The notes under the pieces were generated by a model. It saw only the letters and a list, made by a program, of their open reading frames with translations, made no database searches and was not told the origin of the DNA. This document shows positions 33,896 through 46,800 of a DNA stretch of 64,000 nt, one piece after another (position 1 is the first letter of the stretch; each line of letters starts with the position of its first letter). The translations under genes were made by a program, and so were the position numbers. Source of the stretch: Macrostomum lignano (taxonomy: Eukaryota); assembly GCA_002269645.1 (NCBI GenBank), contig NIVC01000010.1:806001-870000 (forward strand), in the 5' to 3' direction.

Positions 33896-36031
33896 TGTAA
33901 TGGCTATTGTAAGAAAGGCTGGAGTATACTGAGATGAAAAGGTGGAGCCTTGCTAGGTGGGCTTTTCGATATTTATTTATTTTCAGACGGTGCATAATAT
34001 AGTCACGCCACCAGAGTGGGGGTGGAGAATCGCCGTATTTAAAGTGCATGAATTGTACGTAATGTACGCAAGGCCGATGTACTATATAAATTAGGGCTCA
34101 CGTGAGCACTACATCTCTCCAAGCGCGGATTAGTGATAAGTGGATAGTAAAAAAATTACATTGTCAAAGTCTGCTGCTGCCAAGCAATCACTGAGACTCA
34201 ATGTCCCCTGAGGTCCGGCTCCTTGTGGCTCTTGGCCCCGTCTTTGGGCCTGGCGTGGGTACGGCAAGTGGTCTCGCCGCGCTGAATGACAAGGGCATCT
34301 CCATGAACCTCGGCCACAGTCCACGGTACGGTTTCAAAGAAGGTGTTCGTTTTTTGTCGGTGCTGCTGGCACCGTAGGACGCGGTCACCTGATTGGATTT
34401 GATGGTCAGCAGCTCGTTCTCAATGGTCGCGGTAGTCCTTCATCCATCTCTTTGGCCTTCCGATCCGTTCCGGCAATGGCGGCCCGCGTCGCTTTCACAG
34501 GTCGCGAGTGGTGAAGACTGGGAATTGCGTCATTGACTTGGCGTCCGAAGAGCAGGTTTGCCGGGGCGACTCGGTTGTCGGTTGACACCTTGAGCGGCTG
34601 GCCGAAGATGCTAGCTCGTATCAAACCACCGTCTGAGCACGCGTGTGGTGGCGGCGACCGTTGCGTCTGCCATAACTTCAACCAGCGCTAACCGAGAAAA
34701 GTGGTCGGACTGAAAAGTAGCGACCTTCCTTTGATGGGCTCCAGGAAGTCAAGGCCGAGATCGAGCCACGGCCCATCCGGCAGATCCGTCGGCTTCAAGG
34801 GCGTTGCCTTCGTAGTTGCGTCGCTGTTGCAGGCCGCGCAGCTGATGCAGGTGGCCACATGAGTCTCCACTGCCGAGCGCATGCCGGGCCACCAGACCTT
34901 TGACTGCAGGCGGTCCAGTGTCTTCCGCATGCCTTGGTGTCCTTGATGGGCCAGTTGAAGGCACCGGAACCGCAGCACCGCAGGCACGAACAGCTGGCTG
35001 CCGCGCAATAGGAGGCTGTCGTGCTCCGACAGCTCATGCCTGACGCCTCGGATGTCCTTCAGATCTGCGTCCTTGGACAGCTGCTGGTGCGGATGGCACG
35101 GCGGGCAGCCTGCACTGTCGGGTCCTGCTCCGAAGCCGCCTTGATCGCTGATATGCTGAGAGACACCAGAGTGGCTGCCTGGACGGCCATAGCAACGAAC
35201 GCTGCGTCGGCCGCTCGCCTCCGTTGTTTGGCGGCAGCGGTAGCGGTTGCCGGCTGAGCACGCCAGACGGGTTTCCGTCTCCTGGCTGGTAAACGACGCT
35301 AAAGACAAGGTCCTGCAGTCGGAGAGCCATGCGTTCTATTCTGGGCGGCGGCCGAGACCCTGGGCTGAACATCGAGACGAGCGGTCTGTGATCCGTTATA
35401 ACTTTAAAGTGCTCACAGTCGTTGAGATAATGATGAAATTTTAGGCAGCCATACTTTACTGCGGTGCCTTGCGCTCGGCCTGCGAGTACCGCTGCTCGGT
35501 GGCGCTGAGGCTGCGGCTCGCGTAGGCCACCGGTCGAGTCGAACCATCAGGCTGTACTTGGGCTAGGATGGCGCCGGCTCCGGTTTGACTGGTATCGACA
35601 ATCAGCCGGGACTGCAGGTCTGGCTACTGCATGGCTATCGTGCGCTTGATGTCGATGAAAGCTGCTTCTTGATGGTCGCCCCACGTCTACTCTACCACCC
35701 CATGCTTTTTCAGGTCTCAAAGCGGCCGTGCCCTGTCGGACAGGTTTTTAATGAAGCGAGCGACAACGTTTGCTGATCATTTGTGGGTCTTCTCTATTGC
35801 TTAGTGATGCTAGGGGCAGCAGTTGCAAGGCCATGGCTCGCTCTTTGCGACGCCAATGTACTATGGCTATGGTAAGAAAGGCCCGGCCGGTGTGCTCAGA
35901 CGAAAAGGTGGAGCATGAATTGTACGATACGTACTGTACATGTAAATTACTCGTACATTATAAACCGGCGCGTTCAGCCGACGTACGACGTCGTTATCCG
36001 CCGATTAAATGTATGAAAGCACATAGCTACA
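33896..36031 (-). mobile_element. Internally deleted, degenerate Ty3/Gypsy element with two related LTRs
   Basis: 5' LTR about 36031-35857 followed by PBS-like ttggcgtcgc; RT end/RNase H (GAILAQ..RPVAYASRSL..YSQAERKALA..ITDHRPL) and integrase (LAHQGHQG..WWPGM..C..C..LGLDF) with frameshifts; PPT ttggagaga then 3' LTR 34113-33896 (tgtagt...attaca). Confidence 0.85.
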
Positions 36032-36344
36032 TGTAACATGTATATGTTTAATTTGTCATCGAAAGAAGTCGATCGATGACGTCGGGAACGTCGCGTCGGC
36101 CAGACGTTGCTGCATGTACTGTTGCCATGTTCGGTCTTTTGAAGTTTCAAATTCTTGTGAAATGCATTTAGGATGTTTCGACGTTAGGAAATTTCGGTCT
36201 TTATACTCGTACATACATAAAGCCAAGCCGACCCAGGAATAAACATTGCTATGTCGAATATTTTTTAATAAGCAGGTGTAAAATTAAATTTTAAATAAAC
36301 CTTTTGAACAGGAAGTACATGTAGTCTGTGTCATTGTCTAAACC

Positions 36345-36530
36345 ATGAATAATTATCTGCGCAAAAATGACTGCAGGCAAACGTTCGCGGGCATTCTGCA
36401 GGCAATTACGTATGCGGGCAAACGACTGCAAACGTCTGCGGGGGCAAATTACGTCTATACAATGCATAGGCAAAAACGTCTGCGGGCAAACGTCTGCAGG
36501 CAAACGTCTGCGGGCAAACGTCTGTGGGCT
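36345..36530. repeat. Short 14-bp tandem repeats gcaaacgtctgcgg, probably subterminal repeats of a transposon
   Basis: About 8 imperfect copies. Confidence 0.75.
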
Positions 36531-39500
36531 AACTTCCCGAGGGAATATTTTCTGGGCTGTCGTCGTTAGGCCCCTTTTGCCGATACCTCGAATGAGGAAT
36601 AAATCATGAATATGCTTTTAGTTCACTCTAATTTTGTACCAGAAGAGTACATTATAATTCAAGTTGAAAACTAAGCTAGTTAGATAATGCAGTCTTTTAA
36701 AATTTTGTTGAATGATGCTGATGCCAAATTGTTAATTTTAATGTCACTTTTGATTAAACCCAAATTAATTAAAGGGTCGTTCGCAAATTCTAGGAGGAGC
36801 AAAAATTTTAACAATTTTCCGAACATTTACTATTGTTACTGCGATATTAAAAATAATAGGACACTTTTATCTGTCAATAAAGATAATTTTTGGGTTGAAC
36901 TTTATCATACAAAAGTGTTTTTAATCATCTGGCGGTATTAAGCGATAATTAGCGATGAAAAAATTCAAATTCAATCATTTCACCGATGTTAATTTTTGAT
37001 ACTACAAGATGTCTGTAGCTAAAAAAAGTTGTTGTTGTGTTGAAACCTTGCTATATTACATTTAAAATGAAAGCTTATATAAATTTAATTTAAGAATTTT
37101 TTAAAGCTCAATAAACTGCACTACAAATGATTTTATAGACGCTTTAACTGTACGCCTAGCATTTCCGGTGGGATAGCCTCTTTGCGTCTCACAAAATGTA
37201 TTTTTCGGCTGACGTCTAGAATGCGTGCTTAAAATGATACATTTTGATGCAGATAATTAGAAAAACATGTATTATTATCTTTTTGTAAAAAATTGTTATG
37301 AAATAGAGCACTATTGTTGATAAAAATAATTAAAAGCAACCATGCATCGCAATAAACTCCTACTTTGAAGCACAAAATAAATATCCTGTAACCACACTAG
37401 CATTCTCCATGGAGCACCTTTTGAGCTGAAATTTTACAAAGATATCCAGTAAAGTAAACTGAGCAAATGATTTTTTTTGTTTTTGAAAATACTACAATTT
37501 GGCTATGTATCAGTTAGTTCATTGGACATATTTATTATATTTTTATTAAAATCCTTGTAACCAAGCTACAGAGAAACATGTGCAAAACTGGACCTTGAAA
37601 TTTGACCTGAATGATCAGCAAATGTGTATCTCGAAATGATTTTTTTTGTTTTCATCAAGTCATTCTATGCTAATTTTTTCTGAAGGGAAAGATACCATAT
37701 ATTTAGAGTCAATAGGGGAAGCATTTAAACTTATTCAATAGTCATTAAAATTGCAACTATATTACTATAATATAGTAATACTATTATACATGTATTATAT
37801 AGTAATATTAACTTCTAAGATGCCCTTATAAATTTAAGTAAAGACAACAGGCCTTAATTAATTAATCAGCATTTTGAAGAAACTGACCTTATACAGATGG
37901 GCCCCAAGCTAAGAAATGAATGTAGAGCTTATTTCGTGTAAGGTATAAAAATCAATTTATTATAATAATAAATACTCCTAATAAATTGGTTAAATTAGTT
38001 ATTTACCTTGAATTAATTTAATTTAATAATTAAATATATAAATTTGTTTCACTTCTTACTGCATTTAAATAGAGTTCCTCTCTACTATACTATAGAAGTA
38101 TAGTAAAAGTATGGTAAAAAAGTATAGTAAAAAATTTTCTTTGGTTTAATCCCAGCTTGCCTCAGTTTTTTAGTCTTAATACGAGCTAGATAGTAAGTTT
38201 TGATTAATTTGCTCCATCACCTTTTGCCACGGAAACAGCACATGTCGGACATGCAACACTCTTCCTGATCCCTGGATCCAAGATGACTGCTTCTGCTTCT
38301 TCAATGCTTGAAAACTGAGCTCATGGAGCTTTAGGTTATGCTGTCAGAGTGCTGCTGCCGGTGCTGTGTGTGTATGTGTGTGTCTTCTGTGGGTAGGTTC
38401 CCTGTCCCTCAGTTTAGCCACTGTAGTGGGCTAACTGGAGGAATTGCCGTTGTCGGTGCTGCAGGTGGCACTGCATGGTAGTATTGACGCTGTCAGTGAC
38501 GCTGGCAAAGGCTTGGACGAAGCTAGGTGCCGTCATTGTCAGAAGGACATGCGTGTGCTGCTTAGACCAGTGCGCACATTCGACTGGACTCGTATCTGGT
38601 GCAGTCTGGTGTATTCACTGAGATTGTGTGGATCTGCCTCCTCGCATCACCTCAACCAGGCTCAATTTCTTTTGTAGAATTTTCGTGCGCTGCTTAACTG
38701 CATCTTGTGCCTGCTGAGTGATACCAAGAATTGTGCCACACAATAATTTGGCCCATAAACTACTCGTATATTATACATATGAATGCACAGCACACACACA
38801 CGCAGTTCATTCATATTAAATGTACTAGTTAATGGAATTCTCATCTCATGAGCTCTAGTCTATGGACAAACCTGAAATTACTAGAATATCTAGATAGAAC
38901 TAAACTTCTTTGAGCAGCGCGCTGCGCTGCGAGCAAAATACATGTAGATTCCTTATAGCGCAACTAATTACTGAAGTAAAAGTGTAGTACAGTCTACAGC
39001 CTGAAGTAGCCTGTGTAAGATGCGGAGGGATGATTTTTGCATAGGAAGCCACTAAGGTAAGGTTGATGGAACTATGGGGAGGTGAGAGATTCAAAGCGAG
39101 GGACGGAAGCCATGCATAGGTCGATCATAGGTTTTATTATTGCAAGAGTCTGGGGATGCATTAACGAGAGGCGGACGAGAGCATAGAAATAAAGCGGACT
39201 GAATATATTAATACACAAAATTACATGTACTAGCTAGTCATTTCAGAATGGTCAGCGACTCCTCCGATTTGTATCCGCGACTGCGTGCCCACAAATCCCC
39301 CGGCAGACCCTGTCGCAGTTGGTGGTTGTGCACAGAATACAATGTTAATTTTCGAGCTTCTCTGCAAAAAATGCGTGATGCACTCAAGATGCGTGCTGAA
39401 GTCTACTTCTTTGATTGATGGCTGGGTTTTGCCTTTTCGCTTGTGATCATCAAAAGCTTGGGCGTCATTGCTACTGGTGTTTCAGTGTGCGCATTATGTC

Positions 39501-40814
39501 TGGTTATCATATTATGTGCATGTGCAGTGTCTTTTACCTACATTTTTGTTTGTCTCTGTTTCCTGCATGCTCTTTCGCATTTTTACACCTCGCACATCCT
39601 CATTTTTCTCAATTAACAAGTGAAATCTTTTCTTAAAGACTAATTGCTATTTTAGTTAAGCTAGTAGGTTTTTGGTAATTAAATAATTCAATCTTGTCTA
39701 TTTTCCAAAAAGTTTCAAAAAATGAATTAATTAAAATAAATTTGAATTATTTTAAGTTAATTGGAGTAAAATGTCTAATAAGTAACTATAATTTTTTATT
39801 TTAAGTACATGTAGCTTTGGTATAAGTATTAATGTAATAAGTACTTAAAGTAAAATCAAGCAAGTTATAGTTTTCAGAAATTATGCTACAAAAAATAAAA
39901 TATATACTAGTATCCGAATTCCTTTATTAAGGAACATGCAGTTGATATTAAATCCACAATGTGCTCTTTGGTGTTCAAGGATAGTTCCCTGACTTTTTCT
40001 ATTATTAGTTAGATTTTATTATATTTAATGTAAAAATGAACAATTCTGTTCACCGTAAAAATGAACATTCTTTATTTGTCGAATCATCTTGACTTTGAAA
40101 AGATACATAGTGAAAACTTGATTTTTAATTCAACCTTTCAAGACTTATTTAGACTTCTTAATTCAGTGATTAGTTAAACTGATCGAAGTCCTTTCGAGTG
40201 CATGCTATAATAATTTCGCACTTTTTCGCACACGATAATTTTAAATGTCTGGGATTTAGAGCAGAGTAACAAAATGCTGTGCTCAAAAACATTTCCTTTG
40301 TCAATTTCTTGTTCTTTTATTTTTGCAAAATAAATTTAACTGCATATTTAAAATAAAAATAGAAGAAAATTTTATTTTCTCTTTAATATTTTTGTCGTTT
40401 ATTTTCCGCAACAAAGAATAACAAATAGCCTTGATTTCTTCTCAATTTCAAGTTTTCTTGTGGTTTTAGTAGCAGCTTCTTACAGAAATTGTCGAAATAA
40501 TTTTTTTGGTACGATTATTGGTCGATGTATAAACTTTTTTTGCAATAACAAAAAGTTGTGACCTAGCTTTGAGAACGACCCTAAAATTACGAGTGTGTCG
40601 AAAGATTCAAAAGTGGGCGAAAATGCACGTGCACGTGGATTCTCCATTCCAAGAAAGGAAAGATTAAGGCCTATCGCAATTACCATGCGCATCAGCGCAT
40701 GATATCAGTCTGCATCGTAGGATTACGTTTCAATTAATTTAACGCAACCTGTGTCAAAGAGTGAAACACTTCCCAAAATCTCGAAGAAGCAAATAATCGT
40801 GCGCTACGAGTTCT

Positions 40815-43800
40815 ATGGCGTCTATTTCTTCGATCCAAATTAAAATTGGAGTAATTACAAGTAAGAATTTTTAGTATTTAATAGGATTAAACGTCAAGGA
40901 ATAGTATCAGTACTAGACAGACCGTCTAGGATTTTGTTGCATACAAAAAGTTCGACAATATTTTACTTAGGCCTACACAAATTTTCTTCCAAAACAGCAT
41001 CTTATGAATGATCTTTGGAAGTATGGGTTAGATAGGCCCTAAGCCCAGTGCAGTGGCCAGCCAGGCCTAGGCCTAGTAAATAAGATATTTTTAGTAGAAT
41101 ATTGAATATAATTATAATATAGTATATACCCATATTTTCTAAAAATTCTAGCCCTAACATTTATAAAGGCCCTATATTAACTGTACTAGGCCTATATCTA
41201 TTAGAATAGGGGCCTATCTCCCTCAATTAGCTTACAAAATATTCTGAGAATTTTTTTGATATATCCATTGATGTATAATTAATAATGCAAAAATGCTATA
41301 TAAAATACACACACATATATATATATATAAATAATTAAATATATATATATATATATAAAAATAAATATGTTTTATGTATCTTATCTAAGTTATCTTAGCC
41401 TTAGGCCTATTCTTATAAGAATATATATAAGATTTAATTGATTTAAACTTTTATACTATCTATAATAATTTAAGAGATTTAAGATTCCTATCTAGTAAAA
41501 TGTACATCATATCCATAGTCAGGAAGGTGGCCTCTGAGGGGGAAAATTCCCGCGCACACAAAGGGTCTTAGCAGACAAGCGCAGCACACACAAGGGGTCC
41601 TTGGCGCACAATCATGGCGCACACTGACGTCCCTAGCGCATGTGGTGCATAATTGTGGCGCATAAGGTCCCTGACATGCATGAAAATTGTAATGCAAATT
41701 AACAATTTTACATAAAATAAAGTAGATTTGTATAGTCTAGAAAGTCAGTGATGAACTTTTTGCTTCTTTAAAATTAACAGTAAATAAAATTAGTATAAAT
41801 TATTGCTAAAAACGTCAATTTTGCATTACTTTATTCATAGGTATAATTTAAGTTTGGTTAAAATGAAAATATGCATAACATTTTAAAAAGGCTTTTGTAC
41901 GAAGGCCTTTCTTAGAAAACTCTACTCATGAAGAGTGGCGCACAGACGGCGCACAGACAGCGCACAAATGTCGCATAGACAGCAAATAGATAGCGCACAA
42001 ATTGTCCCAAAAAATTATTCTGGCACACACTGTGCCACATTCCTGACTATGGCATCATATATGCAAATATTATTTGGTCTACATACTTTACACTAGGGGC
42101 CTAGGGTTAAATATTTATTGATAAACAAAATCTTTAAGACTAATATTGATAATCAATTAATAGATATAATTTTCATAGGTGTAGGAACAGGGGGAGGCTA
42201 GTAATGGTACTTGGCCTCTCTATATATTAAATGTAAAATGTAGACTTCTTGCTTATTTTTGTTTTTTTCTACTCTGCATGAATGCATTTTGCTGCAGGGC
42301 AACAAAGCATAGTGCCTACAGTGCCAAAATGAGTGCCTGCAATGCTAAAATGAGTGTCTGCGGTGCCAAAATGATTGCCTGCAGCACCAATATGAGTGTT
42401 TGCAGTGCTAAAATGAATGCCTACAGTGCTAACATGAGTGCTTATAGTGCTAAAATTAGTGCCTGTGGCACCAAAAAAGTGCTAGCGGTGCCAAAATGAG
42501 TGCTTGCAGTGCTAAAATAAATGCTTGCGTTGCCAAAATGAGTGCCTGCAGCGCCAAAATGAGTGCCTGCAATGCTAAAATGAGTGCTTGCTCGAACCTG
42601 AAAACCTGAAAAACCTGAAATGAGAGAGGAGAGCTCGGAGGCAGAGAGGCAGCTCCAGTTGAGCCCAAGGCAGGACAACATGATCGGCTCCACGTTGCTC
42701 CACAATCTGGAGAAAAATGGCTCGCAGATGCTCTGTATTTATAGCCGAGCGGACCCCCAAAAGTCACGTAAGTTTCATGCAGTAAGCGCGTGAAACTTCC
42801 TTATTTGGTCACTAAAATCATGCAAGCAACGCGTGATTCAAGGCCAACTTCCAAATAAGGCAACCCTGTCACGCAGCAGTGGCGTGACTCAAGGTCAGTG
42901 GCCACGCACAGTGTGCGTGCATAGTCACGTGCTTTTCTGTGCTAAAAATAGAACTTGGGCAGATGAGTCATCCTGTTTACTCCCTCTAGACAGCCCTTAC
43001 ACTTTGCGCAGGTGATGAGTCATCCTGCCACGTCTCCTCAGCGCGAGTGGGAAGACATTGAGTGTGGCTACCCGCGCCTGCTCAGGCGATGAGTCATCGG
43101 GCAGTAAACACTTAGGCCCAGCACAGGGTATCTCTCTCACTAGATCAGGTGGACTGAGCTACTGTGCAGCGGATCACAGCACCCTTAGGGAAAGCTAGTG
43201 AATGCTGTTGAATAGCTAGTTAGCAGCCAGTCACTACATTAGTTACTAAAATAGTCCTTGACATTGTATTGATTTAAGTATTATTATTCTTATATTATTA
43301 TTATTTTCATATTTCAAGTTTTAAACTCATTTTACTTAATATTTATACTTCAAAATTTAAATTTTAGTTAGTGATACTGCTTATAAAAGCCCCCATGCTG
43401 ACAAGAGTGGCCCTCATCTTGTTCATTTGGTATCTAAAAGGTAAATTCTTATTATTTAACTTTGATTCAAATTAATTAGGGTGATAATACAACAAAATTA
43501 TTGTTTAATTTAATAATTATTTCAGCCAGTACTTTCATACAAATCCAGACAATATCTTCCAAGTTATTGTTCCTGATGAAACTCAGATGATAGAGGCAAG
43601 AAGTTTATTTTTGAATCTTTCAACATGCAATAGAATTATATATTTTATATTAATTGGCAAATTTGTATTATTCCTAATACATAAACAGGAACAACTGAAA
43701 ACATTTTCTGATGCTTTTCACTGTGATGTCATCCTAACTACCGGTGGCACTGGATTTACACCTCGCGATGTTACTCCTGAGGTGAATATGCTCTAAAAGC

Positions 43801-46800
43801 TATTTATTATAATAGGCCTAGTTCTAAACTTAAAAATGGTTAACTTGAAAAATTAATGAAGGCATTTGCTATAATATTCAAGAGTAGCACCAAACGACTG
43901 AAATACCAGTTGTGGTAGCACCATCAAACAACTGAAGGACCAGTTTTGCCACAAATAAGCGGCATTACAATTATTAATTTAATTCAGGCCACATCCAGAG
44001 TTTTGGACAGGCGGGCGGATGGTCTGTCGACAGCCTTGCTGTTGAAGTCGCTCGAGTCAACACCGTACGCTGTGCTGTCTCGCGGTGTGTCCGGAATGCG
44101 CGGCCAAACTTTGATTGTCAATTTACCTGGCAGTCAGAAAGCTGTTGACGAGTGTTTTGCCGTCCTAGAGCCGGTACTGGCGCACGCTGTTAAACAGCTG
44201 CAGGGTCGCATTGTTGAGGTCAAAGCGGAGCACGTTGAGATGCAGCAGTCGGCGCATTGTAAGTAAATACACCTACCTCACTCCATGTGCTTCCACCCTG
44301 CCCCAATACACCCACCTCACTCCATGTGCCCCCACCCTGCCCCAATTAACACCCACCTCACTCCATGTGCCCCCACCCTGCCCCAATTAACACCCACCTC
44401 ACTCCATGTGCTTCCACCCTGCCCCAATTAACACCCACCTCACTCCATGTGCTTCCACCCTGCCCCAATTAACACCCACCTCACTCCATGTGCCCCCACC
44501 CTGCCCCAATTAACACCCACCTCACTCCATGTGCCCCCACCCTGCCCCAATTAACACCCACCTCACTCCATGTGCTTCCACCCTGCCCCAATTAACACCC
44601 ACCTCACTCCATGTGCTTCCACCCTGCCCTAATTTACATCCACCTCACTCCATGCGTGCCTACCTCGCACCTCGCAGCCAGGCACCATCTTCATCACCAT
44701 CAGTCGGAGCCTCAGCAGCAGCACCATCACGGGCATCATCATCGCCATCATCACGGTCACTCGACTTCGCCCAGTCAGCAGCTGCAACAGGCGCTGACCA
44801 AGAGTCTGGTCAACGAGGCTCAAATCGCCAACAGGCCTCGCCAATCGCCCTATCCTCTCATCAGTGTTGACGAAGCTGTCTCCACCGTGCTGGATTCTGT
44901 TACACCTTTGCCAGCGGAGACTGTGAACTGCGCTACTGCCAGCGTACTTGGTCGAATTCTCGCCTCTGACGTCATCGCTAAAGAGCCTTTGCCGCCGTTT
45001 CGCGCCTCGGTTAAGGACGGCTACGCTGTGCGAGCTCGCGACGGCGCTGGTCGACGCCGTGTTGTCGACGTTGTCACAGCTGGAGATGAGGTGCGCGTTC
45101 ACGCCTAATTAGTATCTATTCACGTGTCTAATTAGTGTCCATTCACATGTCTAATTAGTGTGCATTCACGTGTCTAATTAGTATCTATTCACGTGTCTAA
45201 TTAGTGTCCATTCACATGTCTAATTAGTGTGCATTAACGTGTCTAATTAGTGTCCATTCACATGTCTAATTAGTATGCATTCACGTGTCTAATTAGTATC
45301 TATTCACGTGTCTAATTAGTGTCCATTCACATGTCTAATTAGTGTGCATTCACGTGTCTAATTACTGGTATTCACTTGTCTAATTAGTGTCCATTCACAT
45401 GTCTAATTAGTATGCATTCACGTGTCTAATTAGTGTCCATTCACATGTCTAATTAGTGTGCATTCACGTGTCTAATTAGTGTCCATTCACATGTCTAATT
45501 AGTATGCATTCACGTGTCTAATTAGTATCTATTCACGTGTCTAATTAGTGTCCATTCACATGTCTAATTAGTGTGCATTCACATGTCTAATTAGTGTCCA
45601 TTCACATGTCTAATTAATGTGCATTCACGTGTCTAATTAGTGTGCATTCACATGTCTAATTAGTATGCATTCACGTGTCTAATTAGTGTCCATTCACATG
45701 TCTAATTAGTGTGCATTCACATGTCTAATTAGTGTCCATTCACATGTCTAATTAGTATGCATTCACGTGTCTAATTAGTGTCCATTCACATGTCTAATTA
45801 GTGTGCATTCACATGTTTAATTAGTATGCATTCACGTGTCTAATTACTGGTATTCACTTGTCTAATTAGTGTCCATTCACATGTCTAATTAGTATGCATT
45901 CACGTGTCTAATTAGTGTCCATTCACATGTCTAATTAGTATGCATTCACGTGTCTAATTAGTATCTATTCACGTGTCTAATTAGTGTCCATTCACATGTC
46001 TAATTAGTGTGCATTCACATGTCTAATTAGTGTCCATTCACATGTCTAATTAATGTGCATTCACGTGTCTAATTAGTGTGCATTCACATGTCTAATTAGT
46101 ATGCATTCACGTGTCTAATTAGTGTCCATTCACATGTCTAATTAGTGTGCATTCACATGTCTAATTAGTGTCCATTCACATGTCTAATTAGTATGCATTC
46201 ACGTGTCTAATTAGTGTCCATTCACATGTCTAATTAGTGTGCATTCACATGTTTAATTAGTATGCATTCACGTGTCTAATTAGTGTGCATTCACATGTCT
46301 AATTAGTATGCATTCACATGTCTAAGTAGTGTGCATTCACATGTCTAAGTAGTGTGCATTCACATGTCTAATTAGTGTGCATTCACATGTCTAATTAGTG
46401 TGCATTCACGTGTCTAATTAGTATGCATTCACGTGTCTAATTAGTGTGCATTCACATGTCTAATTAGTGTGCATTCACGTGTCTAATTAGTGTGCATTCA
46501 CATGTCTAATTAGTATGCATTCACGTGTCTAATAAGTGTGCGTTCACGTGTCTAATAAGTGTGCATTCACATGTTTAATTAGTATGCATTCACGTGTCTA
46601 ATAAGTGTGCGTTCACGTGTCTAATAAGTGTGCATTCACATGTCTAATTTGTGTCCATTCACATGTCTAATTAGTGTGCATTCACATGTGTAATAAGTGT
46701 CCGTTCACGTGTGTGGACTCGCGTGTCTTAAAGCAGTTTTTCAAGTTTTATAATGTCTACAGATTAATAATCGTTGGTCCATTCAAACACAGCTGAAATC

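Noticed and set aside
38180-39640. GC-richer blocks with Cys/His-containing partial frames
   Set aside because: Interrupted by stops with no recognisable domain; probably decayed transposon sequence, but I cannot support a call.
40480-40692. Minus-strand ORF head-to-head with gephyrin (possible bidirectional partner gene)
   Set aside because: No recognisable protein and no downstream exons could be joined.
42727-42775. Candidate gephyrin first exon (atggctcgc...cac/gtaagt)
   Set aside because: Wrong phase and no similarity; the exon at 40815-40860 gives IKIGVITISD in the correct phase.
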